Source: the human T2T-CHM13v2.0 reference genome, Homo sapiens
Reading direction: 5' to 3' (one strand)
DNA: 64,000 nucleotides
Assembly (NCBI RefSeq): GCF_009914755.1
Contig: NC_060930.1
The translations under genes and the position numbers were made by a program. Positions 29,761 to 50,189 of the stretch are shown here, piece by piece (the first letter of the stretch is position 1; every line of letters begins with the position of its first letter). Below the pieces are notes generated by a model that was not told where the DNA came from, did not search any database, and saw only the letters and a program-made list of their open reading frames with translations.

Positions 29761-31121
29761 TGTGTCCGGAATTGGTGGGTTCCTGGTCTCACTGACTTCA
29801 AGAATGAAGCCATGGACCCTCACAGTGAGTGTCACAGTTCTTAAAGGCGGCGTGTCCAGGGTTTGTTCCTTCTGATGTTCGAATGTGTTCGGAGTTTCTT
29901 CCTTCCGGTGGGTTCGTGGTCTCGCTGGCTCAGGAGTGAAGCTGCAGACCTTCGCGGTGAGTGTTACAGCTCTTAAGGCGGCGTGTCTGGAGTTGTTTGT
30001 TCCCCCCGGTGGGTTTGTGGTCGTTCTGGCTCAGGAGTGAAACTGCAGACCTTTGTGACTAGTGTTACAGCTCTTAAAGGCAGTGTGGACCCAAAGAGTG
30101 AGCAGTAGCAAGATTTATTGCAAAGAGTGAAAGAACAAAGCTTCCAGGATAGGGGACCCAAGCGGGTAGCCGCTGCTGGCTCGGGCAGCCTGCTTTTATT
30201 TTCTTATCTGGCCCCACCTACATCCTGCTGATTGGTCCATTTTACAGAGAGCCGATTGGTCTGTTTTACAGAGAGCTGATTGTTCCATTTTGACAGGGTG
30301 CTGATTGGTGCGTTTACAATCCCTGAGCTAGACACAAAAGTTCTCCACTTCCCCACTAGATTAGCTAGATACAGAGTGTTGATTGGTGCATTCACAAACC
30401 CTGAGCTAGACACAGAGTGCCGATTGGTGCATTCACAATCCCTTAGCTAGACATAAAGGTTCTCCAAGTCCCCACTAGACTCAGGAGCCCAGCTGGCTTC
30501 ACCCAGTGGATCTCGTACCAGGGCTGCAGGTGGGGCTGCCTGCCGGTCCTGCACCGTGTGCCCACACTCCTCAGCCCTTGGGTGGTCGATGGGACTGGGT
30601 GCCATGGAGCAGGGAGCAGTGCTCGTTGGGGAGGCGCGGGCTATGCAGGAGCCCACGGCAGGAGGGCGGGGAGGCTCAGGCATGGCGGGCTGCAGGTCCC
30701 GAGCTCTGCCTGGCGGGGAGGCAGCTAAGGCCGGGCGAGAAATTGAGCGCAGTGCTGGTGGGCTGGCACTGCTGGGGGACCTAGCGTACTCTCCACAGCT
30801 GCTGGCCTGGGTGCTAAGCCCCAAGCCCCTCACTGCCCAGGGCCAGCCGGCTGCTCGGAGTGTGGGGCCTGCCAAGTCCACGCCCACCTGGAACTCTAGC
30901 TGGCCCGCAAGCACCGTGCGCGGCCCCGGTTCCCACCCATGCCTCTCCCTCCACACCTCCCCGCAAGCCGAGGGAGCCGGCTCCGGCCTCGGCCAGCCCA
31001 GAGAAGGGCTCCCACGGTGCAGGGGCGGGCTGAAGGGCTCCTCAAGCGCGGTCAGAATGGGCGCTGAGGCCGAGGAGGCACCGAGAGCCAGCGAGGGCTG
31101 CCAGCAGGCTGTCACCTCTCA
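29761..31121 (-). mobile_element. LTR12C (ERV9) solo LTR
   Basis: Reverse complement of TGAGAGGTGACAGC...CCAATTCCGGACACA; 4-bp TSD AAAG; repeated CCAAT boxes; GATA plus AATAAAA core at 30194-30208. Confidence 0.95.
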
Positions 31122-32731
31122 AAAGGACCAGGAATGAGGTGTTATATGGGACCTGCCATGGGGATGACTGCTTGTGTACGCTTTTGGATGTTGCTGCATT
31201 CTAAGCTTAACCTCTTGGTCTCATGGCAGTGATTGAGGTTTTTATTCATAGAAGAAAACCAGAGGTTCTGCCTGTTTCTCTCTGCCAGTTCCCACCATTC
31301 ATTATCCTCTGCTTCTTTCCTGTACCCCAGATACCTCTGTTCTTAGTCTCCAGGGTAGAATAACATCAGGGGGCCCCTCATCTTCCCCCAGAGCTATCAG
31401 CACCAAGAGATGAGAGATGCCTTTTTCACTCATCTGTTGGTGCTGATAGCTCTCTGAGGGTAAGGGCATCACTTCTCACCACCACCCTCTCTTCAGAGAG
31501 CCCTCAGACAGCAGCAGTCCCCCTGCCCTCACTCTCCAGCCTTGCCCCTTACTGCCTCAGTGAGGCACTAGTGCCACTGCCATGACCCAGCCAGGCCATA
31601 GTTAAGGCTGCAGCAGGAATGCCTTTCTGTGGCCAAAACAGCTGCTTTTCTTTCTGAGGTCACCCTGTGGCAACAGGCTGGAGCAGGGGGAGAAGGCCTT
31701 CCTCTTCTTCGATAGGATAAAGAGGTTGCAGCCTCAGAACTAATACTCATCCTGATCTCTAGGCCTTGTTCCTCTTCCAGGGAAGATAAAACAAATCCTT
31801 ATCAAGGAAAAATCCCAACACTTCCCCTTGGACATTCCTGAACTCTGCTTTGGGGAGGATCGTAAAGGTTCTAGCCTTCATGAAGTTGCTCTCCTGGAGA
31901 TCTGTTGGTCTCTCTGACCTCAGTACCTGCTCACATCTCACCCTCTGCTCAACTCAGGCAGTCTGTCCTGGTAGATCTCCCCAGAGTGGTCCTTGATTCT
32001 CACCTGGATTCCTACTTGTGTAGAGGCCTGCATACACAGGGCCTCCTGCACCCAGCCTGGTCCCTCTGCTAAACACTCTCTGGTGCTCTTGACTCTGGCA
32101 GTGGTGGGAGTGGACACTCTTTGGGAGAGGGCCTTGTGGCTTTACACTGGAATAAGTCTGCATGTCTCACCCTGCTGTCTCCCTGGGGTGTCACCCAAGG
32201 GAGAGTTGAGGGCGCTGGGAGGTTTTTGGTGGACTCCTAAGACTCATGAAACCACAGAAGCATGTTTAAGAAGAGATTTTCCTCTGGTCCTTGTCTGTCA
32301 AAGGACACAGAACGAAATATTTATTTTCTTAGATCATAGATTTCTGATACATCTCACTCAAGGTGACCAAAAGGAACCCCCTAGTGTACATCACACTTAA
32401 GGTGAGTTCAGTGTACATATTCTCCAGTCACTGGACTCCTGGCACCAACTGGTAAATGAGGGCTTGGTGCCATTCCCTGCTCACTGAAGTCTCAGCAGGC
32501 CGTGTCAGGAAGGGCTCCTCAGGAGGTCGGGGCTGGAGTGGGAGAGCACTGTCTGAGATCTGCAGTTACTCTCGTCGGTGTTGAGCCCATTAATTTCCAA
32601 AACATCAGTCTTTCTCCACTTTCCCCAGGTCTTGCTTTTGAGAAACACAGCAGGCCTTTTGTACCAAACTTTTTGTTGTTTTTTGTTTGAAGCCTGTTAG
32701 TGTATTTTGTAAGATTTTAAAAGTATTAGTT

Positions 32732-33869
<1,138 letters not shown>

Positions 33870-34157
33870 TTAAAAGTTTTAGTTGTATCCACCCTATTTC
33901 AGGTTATTTTGGTTGGTGTCTCATAGGTATAGGACATGTGAATGGTTCTTTTAATTTTTTTCTGGGGTTTTTTTTAGAGAAAACTTGGAAGATAAACTCC
34001 TTCTTGATATATATATGTATATTTTCTTTAGCAGCTTGTTATCACTGGAATCAAAGGGAAAATGATCTCGTTTTGTATTAGTTGTATTTGTATGTCAAAA
34101 AAGACACTTTGTTAAAAAAAATTAATGTGGATTGAAAGTACTATTTTTTAAGTAGAA

Positions 34158-34454
34158 GGCCGGGCATGGTGGCTCACACCTATAATCTCAGCACTTTAGG
34201 AGGCCAAGGCAGGTGGATTGCTTGAGTCCAGGAGTTTGAGACCAGCCTGGGCAACATGACAAAATCCCGTCTCTACTAAAAACACAAAAATTGGCATGGT
34301 GTTGCACATCTGTAGTTCCAGCTACTTGGGAGGCTAAGATGGGAGAACCACTTGGGCCTGGGAGGTAGGCAGTGAGCCGAGATTGCACCACTGCATTCCA
34401 GCCTGGGTGACAGAGTGAGACTCCATTTCAAAAAAGAAAAAGAAAAAAAAAAAA
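34158..34454 (+). mobile_element. Alu (AluJ-like) inside MER2
   Basis: GGATTGCTTGAGTCCAGGAGTTTGAGACCAGCCTGGGCAAC. Confidence 0.9.
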
Positions 34455-35113
34455 GGGTGGTTGAGTCTCTACTGAACATGTACAGACTTTTTTTCTTGTC
34501 CCTTTTTTCTTATCTCCTAAACAATACAGTATAACAACTATTTACAAAGCATTTAGATTCTATTAGATCTTAAAACTAATCTAGGAGATGATTTAAAGTA
34601 TGTAGGAGGATTGCATGGGTTGTATGCAAAGGTTTTATGCAAATATGATACCATTTTATATCAGGAACCTGAGCATTCATGTATTTTAGTATCCACAGGG
34701 GTCCTAGAACCAATAACCCATGGATACTGAGGAACGAATGTAATGTATAATTATATGTATAAGAATTGCTAAGAGGAGTCATCTTAGCTGTTATCATTTG
34801 GCTACTTATTAATAATTTTATAAATCACAAGATTAGATTTTTCCAAGCTTAGCAAATAAACTTGATTTACACTAATCTGCTTTTGGGGATAAAGAATGAT
34901 CTTTGGCAAGGTTTTAGACATGTGTACCAGGGACCTTCATAATTGACAATAATGGTGACATTTTTGTGGGTAATTAACACCGTAGACCACTATGATAGAC
35001 TGCTCTAGACTTCATAGCTGCTGCTTATAACTTATTGATACTTTATCTTTTGCATTTTAAACTATGAAATATTTCAGACACCTCCCAAAACACAAAAATA
35101 ATAGACACTTATA

Positions 35114-36371
35114 TGAAGGGTCTACAGAAGGTTCATGGAAAATGAGTATTATGAAAAAACTGTGCATGGATTTCAAAATTGTTTTGCACCAAAATAAACT
35201 GACACTAACTTGTTATAACATGTCTGAACAGGATCTAGTTTGAGGCACTGAAAAGAATAAGGCATCAGTTTGAAAATAGCACCTAGCAGAGCAATATGAA
35301 TTCTGCTAAAATTGATGCAAGACAAAACATCAAATTTATGGTGAAGCTTGAGTGGAAGAATAGTGAAATCACTGATGATTTAAGACAATCATAATGAAGA
35401 TAATGCCCCAAAGAAGTCAGCAGTTTACAAACAGATAACTCATTTCAAGAGGGGATGAGAATGTTGAAGATGAAGGTCACAGCAGCAGACCATCTACATC
35501 AAGTTATGAAGGGGATTTAATGGCAGAAACAATAGCCAATGCCATAGACATCTCAATTGGTTCAGCTTACACAATTATGACTGAAAAATTAAAGGGTGAG
35601 CAAACTTTCCACTTGATGGATGCCAAAACCATTGCACTTAGATCAGTTGCAAACAAGAGAAGAGCTTTCAATAGAAATTTTAAATTAGTGGGATCAAGAT
35701 CCTGAAGCATTCCTTCAAAGAGTTAGAACAGGAAATGAAACATAGCTTTCATGTCAATCCTGAGGACAAGGCACAATCAAAGCAATGGCTACCAGGAGGA
35801 GGAAGTGTTCCAGCCAAAGTAAAAGCAGACCAGTCAGAGCAAAGGCCATGGCAAAAGTGTTTTTGGATGCTCAAGGAATTTTGCTTGTTTATTTTCTGGA
35901 GGGCAAAAAATGATAACATCTACTTATTATGAGAGTGTTTTGAGAAAGTTAGCCAAAGCTTTAGCAGAAAAATGCCCAGGAAAGCTTTACCAGAGAGTCC
36001 TTCTCCAACATGACAATGCTCCTGCTCATTCCTTTCATCAAACAAGGGCAATTTTATGAGAGTTTTAATAGGAAGTCATTAGGCGTCCACCCTACAGTCC
36101 TTATTTGGGTCTTTCTGTCTTCTTTTTGTTTCCTAATCTTAAAGTTGTAAAAGGCACCTATTTTTCTTCAGTTAATAATGTAAGAAAGACTGCATTGACA
36201 TGGTTAAATTCCCAGGACCCTCGGTTCTTTAGGGAGGAACTAAATGGCTGATAACATCACTTACAAAAGTGTCTTGACCTCGATGGAGCTTATACTGAAA
36301 ATAAGTGGTATTTTTTAAAGTTTTTAATCTTTTAATTTCTTTTTTTCCATGAACTTTCTGAAGTCCCCTCA
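35114..36371 (+). mobile_element. HSMAR2 mariner, both TIRs, disrupted transposase
   Basis: TIRs (C/T)GA(G/A)GGGTCT.CAGAAGGTTCATGGAAAA / TTTTCCATGAACTTTCTGAAGTCCCCTC; TA TSDs; MNSAKI..NIKFMVKL from 35296; HDNAPAH and PPYSP motifs. Confidence 0.9.
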
Positions 36372-36479
36372 TATGCCCACCAACTGATGTTAAATGTATA
36401 TTTTTTGCCACATTTTTAGATCCTTTTAAGAAGCATTAAAACATTTCTAAACATTGTTTAGGCTCTTTTGTATCCATAA

Positions 36480-37770
36480 ACAATTACACCATTTGATTTT
36501 AAAAAAAAATTTAAATAGATGGTATAATGATATATAATCTAAATATACTTTGCAAATTATAATTTTTCACTCAATATGCATTTGAGACTTAATCATGTTC
36601 ATATACATATAACTACCTCAGTCATTTTAATTGCTGAACAGTATTTCTCATACAGTTCAATGTGGTTTATTTATCTATTCCTCCATGAGTATGAATAGAT
36701 AAATTATGTTTTATTTATGTATTCCTCCTACTCATAGACATTTAGATCCTTTCTTCAACCCTGCTTTCTACCTTTTTTTCTCCTTCCTTTTCTTTCCTTT
36801 TCTGTTATGCACAGCAGTGGACATCCTCTTGGATGTCTCCTTGACTACGTGTCTAAGAGTTACCCTAGGATGTTTCTTTAGAAGTGGAATTGCTCAGTTA
36901 CAGAGCCTCTTAACTTAACTGTTCATCTTCACCTCACTGGCTACTGCGAAACTACTTTCCAGAGTGGTTGTTTCCATTCACTCTCCCACCAGCCATATAT
37001 GGAAATGTTCACTTCTCCACATTGCTAATGCTTTATGTTATCAGACATTAATTTCTGCCCATCTGATAGGTGTGCCATGTTATTTTATTGTCATTTTAAT
37101 TTTCATTTCCCTGAGTTTTATTGAAGTGGAACATTTAAAAAATGTAATTATTAGACACTGATTTTCTCCATGAATCTTGTTTATATCCTTTGCACATTTA
37201 CCACCTGGCTCATTGCCTTCTTATCAACTAAAAGGATAACTGTATATTCTAGATATTAATCTTTTATCATTTGTTGGCTGCCAATAACTTCATTAAATCT
37301 GTAGGTTGATTTTTTCAGGCTGCTTATGATTATTGTATGTATTTATTATGATAAAACACATAACATTAAATTTATCATCTTAACAATTTAAAATTTTTTA
37401 ATATTTGTGGTTATATAGTAGGTATATATATTTCTGGGGTACATGAGATGTTTTGATACAGGCATGCAACGCGTAATAATCACATCATGGAAAATGGAGT
37501 ATCCATCACATCAAGCATTTATCCTTTGTGTTACAAACCATCCAATTATACTCTTTTATTTATTTTTAAATGTACAGTTAAATTATTTTGACTATAATCA
37601 CACTGCTGTGCTATTAAATACTAGGTATTATTCATTCTGTCAAACTATTTTTTCATACCCATTTAACCATTTTTAAGTTTACAGTTCAGTAGTGTTAAGT
37701 AGAGTCACACTGTTATGAAATGGATCTCTAGAACTTTTTCTAGACATTTTAATTTTTGAGAAAGTCAAAT
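36480..37770 (-). mobile_element. Old L1M fragments (continuing at 43945-44220)
   Basis: L1M 3' UTR motifs; the element resumes on the far side of the young L1. Confidence 0.65.
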
Positions 37771-37789
37771 TAATATGTAGTTTTTCTTT

Positions 37790-43924
<6,135 letters not shown>

Positions 43925-44606
43925 AATATGTAGTTTTTCTTTATTGTTTGTGATCTTCATCCTTTAAGAAACCCTTCCATATCTGGAGGTCACAAAGATA
44001 TTTGCCCATAATTTTTTTTACATATTTTCTTTCTTTCTTTTTTTTTTCATCTAGCTCTTTAATCCATCTGGACTTCATTTTTGCATATGGTGTGAGATAG
44101 GGAACTAATTTTATCTTTTGCCATATGGGTAGTCATTTGTCTCAACATCATTTATTGAAGAGTCCATTGTTTTTCTCACTTGTTTGTAGGGTTACCACTT
44201 TCATATACCAAATGTAACATACATGTAGTCTACCTTATCATTGTGTTCCTGATGACTTCCAACTGCCATTATTTTAGCTCTCTTCCTGATGACTTTTACA
44301 GAACCACACAGGCTAAAAGTGCTGGGATTCAGCATCCCGTGGGAGCAGCTCATAGCAAAAGCCAAAGAAGGGTTGGCTCATGAAATCACAGCTCCCGCCT
44401 CCTCAGGTGGGGTAATTCTAAGACAAAATTTAGACCTTTTCCCAGAGTTTTCCCATGGGAAATAGTTCCATAGCCCATTGTTGTAGCTGGCTCAGCTATT
44501 TCACCCTTTACAGGCTACTCCCTCCCTGTCTCACTTCCCTACACCTCCCAAATAATGTCTATTCTGTTCCATTGTTCTATTTGTCTGCCTTTGAGGCACT
44601 CAGCAA

Positions 44607-44881
44607 TTTTTTTTTAATGTCCCCAGGCTGGAGTGTAGTGGTGTAGTCATAGCTCACTGCCACCTCAAACTCCCAAGCTCAAGCAATCCTCCTGTCTCAG
44701 CCTCCCAAATAGCTGAGACTACTGGCACATGCTACCATGCCTGGCTAATTTTTAAATTTTTTGTAGAAGTGGGGTCTCGTTCTGTTGCCCAGGCTGCTCT
44801 CAAACTCCCGACGTTAAACAATCTTCCCACCTCAGTCTCTCAAAGTGCTGGGATTACATGCATGAGCCACCATGCCTGGCC
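44607..44881 (-). mobile_element. Alu (AluJ)
   Basis: J-type Alu; TSD TGAGGCA(C/T)TCAGC. Confidence 0.9.
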
Positions 44882-46367
44882 TGAGGCATTCAGCTTTTTA
44901 AAGTCATTGAAGTCATTCAGCTTTCTAAAGTGTCACATAGCAGGTTGACATAAGAACAGACCTCCAAAACCCTCCAGTGATCCTGAACGTTGTCTCCTGC
45001 TGTGTGCTGTCACATCTTAGCCTTAGCATTCTGCCCTTGTTTTGATTCTCCTGGCTCCTGCCCCTAGATTCATGTCACCTGGTCCTTTACCCTCACACTC
45101 AGCACAGCATCATTTTCCTCCTGTGACTTTAGACCTGCTTCACTTGAGATAATGTGGATTTTCCTTCATGCTGTGGTCTTTAGCTCCTTGCTTAACTATC
45201 ACACAAGCAGGTCCATCATGAAAAAAATGAAACAAAACTGGAGAAGGAAAAGAGTGCAGACAATCGGTTGTTATTTACATGGTGCCCCTTAGGGTCCTTC
45301 TTGGGTTTTATTGCACCTTGCAGAAAAAGTTGTGCTTCTACTGTAGCAAACTGAGGTACTATGCATTGATTTCACAGTCTACTTAGTTGATTTCATAATT
45401 AGTTAATTTCATGTATTTTTCTACTTTTCTATCAGTCTGAAAAGTTATATGTTCCTTTCATCTTCCACTCCTTTACCTCACTGAAACAATATGGCCTAGA
45501 ACTTTCTGATCAGTCATTCTTCAGATCAGAGCATGGGGGAGCAATGTGGGTGATAAACACTCGGTAGTCGCTCAGGTAATTATCTCTAGTTCCTTTGGAG
45601 GGATTAAAAATTCATTTCAGAGCTTCCTGTATATTTCTTATAATCATATTGAATGAATATAATTCTTATGACAGTTGTAAGTGTAATCATTGTCAACTAA
45701 TACTTTTATTGTCTACTTAAAGTCTTGAGTTTTTTTTTAATTGCTATGATAATTATTATATGTAATGTCTGGATCCTACAGACCCTACCTCAACAATTAT
45801 AATTAAAAATGCTAAAGTCTCGAGTAAGCAAAACCAGGAAAATAGCCTTCACGTAGATTTCGTATCTTAGTACTTTGTATTTCTGTCTGTCTGAGAGAAC
45901 TACACATTACTAAAATAGAGGTAAAAAATATAAAAAAAGAAGTGACCATACAATTACAGAAGGTGGTATTAATATCAGGGAGGAGGCCTGATACAGTGAA
46001 GGCCAGAAAAATTAAAGGTCAAGAAGAACCATCTAATATATCATTTGGTCGAGTTTTGAGCATAATGGAAATGGCTTATCTTTTAAGAACTCTGATTCTG
46101 TCCGATTTTTGCTTTCAGTTGTTTCTGAGCTCTACCATGTGCTCTTCCTCTGCCCTGAGTGTAGCTTAGTTAGGCTACAGAGAGTGTAGAATAAGCTGTG
46201 ACTGCAAACTATGTGGTAAATCTTTGACAGAATCAGTCTTAAGCTTTTCTGTTAACTGTTTTTTATAGGTGGTTATGTTGTTGTTAATCTGCAATAAACA
46301 TTATTCTTGACATAGACATATGGGTTTTGCTTATTTTATATATGTGTGCAAAGTTAACTTCAGTTTC

Positions 46368-46480
46368 ATCCTCCCTCCTTTCCTCCCTCCCTTCCCCCTC
46401 CCCTCCCTCCCTCCCTCCCTTCCTCCCTCCCTTCCTACCTTCGTCCTTCCTTCCTTCCTTCCTTCCTCTCTTCCTTCCTT
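46368..46480. repeat. (CCCT/CCTT)n polypyrimidine tract
   Basis: Direct reading. Confidence 0.95.
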
Positions 46481-46566
46481 CTCCCATTCTGCTTATTTTT
46501 TCTCTTCTGCACATTTTGCTGGAGAATCTGTTCATGTACCCTGCTTTCCCACAGTTGCTTTCAGAC

Positions 46567-46855
46567 TTTTTTTTTTTTTGAGACAGCGTCTCTCTCTTTC
46601 TCTCTCTGTCACCCAGACTCAAGTGCAGTGATACTGTCTCAGCTCACTACAGCCTCAACCTCCTAAGCTCAAGTGATCCTCCTACTTCAGCCTCCCAAGT
46701 AGCTGAGACTACATGCACATACCACCACACCTGGCTAATTTTTAAATTTTTTGTAGAGATGAGGTCTCACTATACTGCCTCAGCTGGTCTCGAACTCCTG
46801 GGCTCAAGGGATCCTCCTGCCTCTGCCTCACAGTTGTGAGCCACTGTGCCTGGCC
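46567..46855 (-). mobile_element. Alu (AluJ)
   Basis: J-type Alu; TSD TTTCAGACTTT. Confidence 0.9.
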
Positions 46856-48505
46856 ATTTTCAGACTTTAGAAAATGATTTTCATTTACTTTTTCCTGGGA
46901 AGGCTCTTGGGTACAATGTTATGTGTTATTTAAATCTAAACAGCAAACTGGCCAGCATTGCCCCTTCGAGTTTCCTCTATGGGGAGGTCATGGATCCCCT
47001 ACTTGAACTCCTCTGTAGCAGGCACAGCAGCGAGTGCCTAAGGGTGCAGAGCTGGGGGCCCCATGGCTTTCCTAGCTCCCTTTCTTGTTCCTAGTGTTTT
47101 AAATTACATTTTTATTCCAAGGAAGGGCCCTGATTCCAACCACATGAAGTAACTATATTGGAAAGCCCTGTGGACTCCAAAGCACTGTAATTAAAGAGCA
47201 AGGGATTCCTTTTCAGATAATTGAAAGGTGGTGGCAGAGACCCAGGAGTTAAATACTTTAGGCCATGTTTGCATGTAGATTTTCCTCTTTAAACCTGTGC
47301 TTTTTGCCTGTGAACACTATTTTCCTGGACATCCAACAGCAATTTTTGTAAGAGTTTGAAACAGTAGGTTTGCCTTCACCTGAGCACCTCTGCAGGCCAT
47401 TGACAGATCCCATGGTGCCACAAGCAGTATCTCTGCAACTTTCTGAGCAAGTCTCATCTGCCTCCTGGGGTTCCACATGGCCATCAGGGGCCATCACTGT
47501 TAAATGCAAAACTCATGACTTTCTTGCTATCTTCTCCCTGAGGATGAGGGAATAACTTCTCTTCTTTGTGCTCGCACACCACCCTGTTCCTGCCTCTATA
47601 AATAGCACTGGCCACACTGAATTAGAATTATCCATTTGTCTCCCATTTCCTCAGGCCATCTGGACATACTCAGAGTTACCCGTGGCACCACTCTCCAGGG
47701 AGCTCCAGCTTCTCTAAGCCCTTTTTTATCTTCCATTTATTCTGGGTTCTGATTTTGCCTTGCCTCTGCAGTCTTAAAGATGTTCTTGCTGTACAGTTCT
47801 TGACTTTCTGCCTTCTTATCAGCCCAAAGTGACAATTCTGTGGCCTCTGGTACCTACCCAGTGCCTGGCATAGAGTAGGCCTGCAATAAGTATGACTGGC
47901 CAAATGAGAGTTCTACTATTATCTTTATCATTATTTTCTCTTTTTTCCTCCAGTTATTACCAATGGGGTGATTTGGTGAGGGCCAGACTTTCCTTCCAAA
48001 TTAATAAGTGCAACTCTTCTAAGAATCAGGTGGCAAGAACTTACAGTTCCTACGCAGTAGTCAATATATTCTTTCACTTGTGCAGCCCCTGCTTATAGCT
48101 GATTCCTATGAAATGGAATTTCTCAACAGTTGAATTGAAGGAAATTTGGATAACACCACCTAATGTCACTCCCATAACTATCCCTCCATGCCAATCTCAT
48201 GGCTAGATGGGAAGCCTTCAGGAATATGTTGGGCAAGTAGGTTCATGTCAACCACAAAAATCTTCAAAAGGTTCTTCCCCTGAACTATGTATTGCTAAGT
48301 CCTCAAATCTAGTAGATTTGGCTTTGCTTCACCTGTAAAACACACAGATGCAGGAGATAGAAGGATACCCAACCACTCTTTGGATTTACTGAATCTCAGA
48401 AATAGATGAAATGGCCGTAGAAGGCATGCTAAGAACCTGTAAGTTTATTGTAGCCAAATCTTGGTACAAACATGTTTCAGTATCACCATGGCAATATCTC
48501 CTCAA

Positions 48506-48905
48506 TGAAATGGGCCCAATAGTCCCATAGACAGTTGTTTTGGGATAAACATAGAAACACCCTTCTTCTGTTAAAGCTTGAAACTTGTATCTGTTTTATG
48601 AGTTCCTTCCTCAGGAAAGGACCTTCGGGAAGTATCAAAGAACTGAAACTCAGCAGATCACTGCACCAAACACCTCCTTGCCCCACCCTAGTTCCTGTTT
48701 TCTTACACATTGTTACATTTCCTCGGTGCTCTATAAACCCCTAGTTTTGGTAAGTCAAGGAGATGGATTTGAGACTGAGCTCCCATCTCCCTGGCTGCAG
48801 CACCTAGTTAATACTTCTTCCTTGGCAATACTTGGCATCTCAGTGATTGGCTTTCTGTGCAGCAAGAATCAGGGCCTAGACCAAACCTCTGGAGTTTTGG
48901 TAACA
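48506..48905 (+). mobile_element. MER83-like ERV1 solo LTR
   Basis: TGAAA..CCCAATAGTCCCATAGACAG start; TTTTGGTAACA end; TSD TCAA. Confidence 0.8.
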
Positions 48906-50189
48906 TCAACAGTACAATAATAAATGGAAATAAATAAAATAAATAAAAACATTGTATATAGTAGACCAAATGGTCATAGTTACTGTGAGAATGGGAGAGC
49001 AGAAAAGGCAGTTGAAGGAGGAAGCAAAACAAGGGGTCAAAGAGAGGCAGAGTCAATTATATTAAAATCCAGTTAATTTTAATATAATATATAATTTAAT
49101 ATGATAAATACATAAAATATATAAAAATCAGGACTTGGAATTTGAGTGTTACAGATTTAGAACCTATTTGAGGTCCACTCCAGTTGACTATTTTATGCAT
49201 ACTAAATTGAATTTTGATTTCTAAACTTTAGTCTCCTGACTTGCTAAAGTGCTCAGGCCTTACATGGTACAAAGGGCTTAAAAAATGAGGCTTAACTGAT
49301 TTGGTGTCCAAAGTCCCAGCTTGTTTGGTGGACCATTGGAATATTGCTGGGAGAACAATAACAATTTTGGGAGACCAACACAAGACCTTGTGTCACAGTG
49401 AAGCTTATGAACCTTGACATCACTTAAAGGCAAGTGTGTGGTTTTTTTTTTCTAGGATAGTTCCCCAAATTAGGAACATCTCTTGTGGACCCTTGTTTGA
49501 GAATAAACACTAGTGCTCTAAGTCATTGTTTCCCTTCAGGAGTACTTGTGCAGATAAATAGGTCACCCCAATAGCTGAGTGATCCCACAACCATTACCAT
49601 CTTTGGTTATAAAACGATCTCCACATTTAGATTTTGAGCTCCTGGAGGGGAGGTCTCCAATATTCTTTACTTTCTTTAATTTCTCAGCACCTTGCACATT
49701 GCATGTGTACGGTTAGGTGGAAGCTTCACGAGTGTTTATTAAATGATTGATCAGAAGAAACAGGGAGAGTAACTTCATGTAACTGGAGTGGCTTATTGAA
49801 AAGTTTGTCACCAATCCCTGTTCCTGTGTAGTAAACTTGTAACACATCTATGGCATTCCATCTTAAATTGTGGCTCCTACTGAATAGTACGCACATCTCA
49901 AGTAGACTTGGAGGCTCTGCTCACATGGCCTCTGCACCCCCTCTCATAGCTTGTTTTCTGATGTACCAAGGAGATTCTTGTATCTTTGAAGACTGCTAGC
50001 TCTAAGGCAGTTTCTTGTTTTTTCTCATGAAGGCGGTGAGGAATAGCCTTATTTTGAATCACTGTGACCCCTTGTGGGCATGTGTGGGGACTGCACCCCA
50101 ACCTCTGTTCTAAGTAGTAGGCCCCATGCCTTGCTTGGGGCCACCTTGGCTCACTCTCCACTGACAATCTCAGTATAGTCTCCTCTCCT

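Noticed and set aside
29800-30480. Regularly spaced repeats (CRISPR-like)
   Set aside because: Intrinsic LTR12 U5 and U3 tandem units; eukaryotic context with no cas genes
30447-31137. 222-aa and 193-aa ORFs
   Set aside because: GC-rich LTR12C sequence that is naturally stop-poor
46284-46631. Pro/Ser- and Gly/Arg/Glu-rich ORFs
   Set aside because: Derived from the (CCTT)n tract and the adjacent Alu
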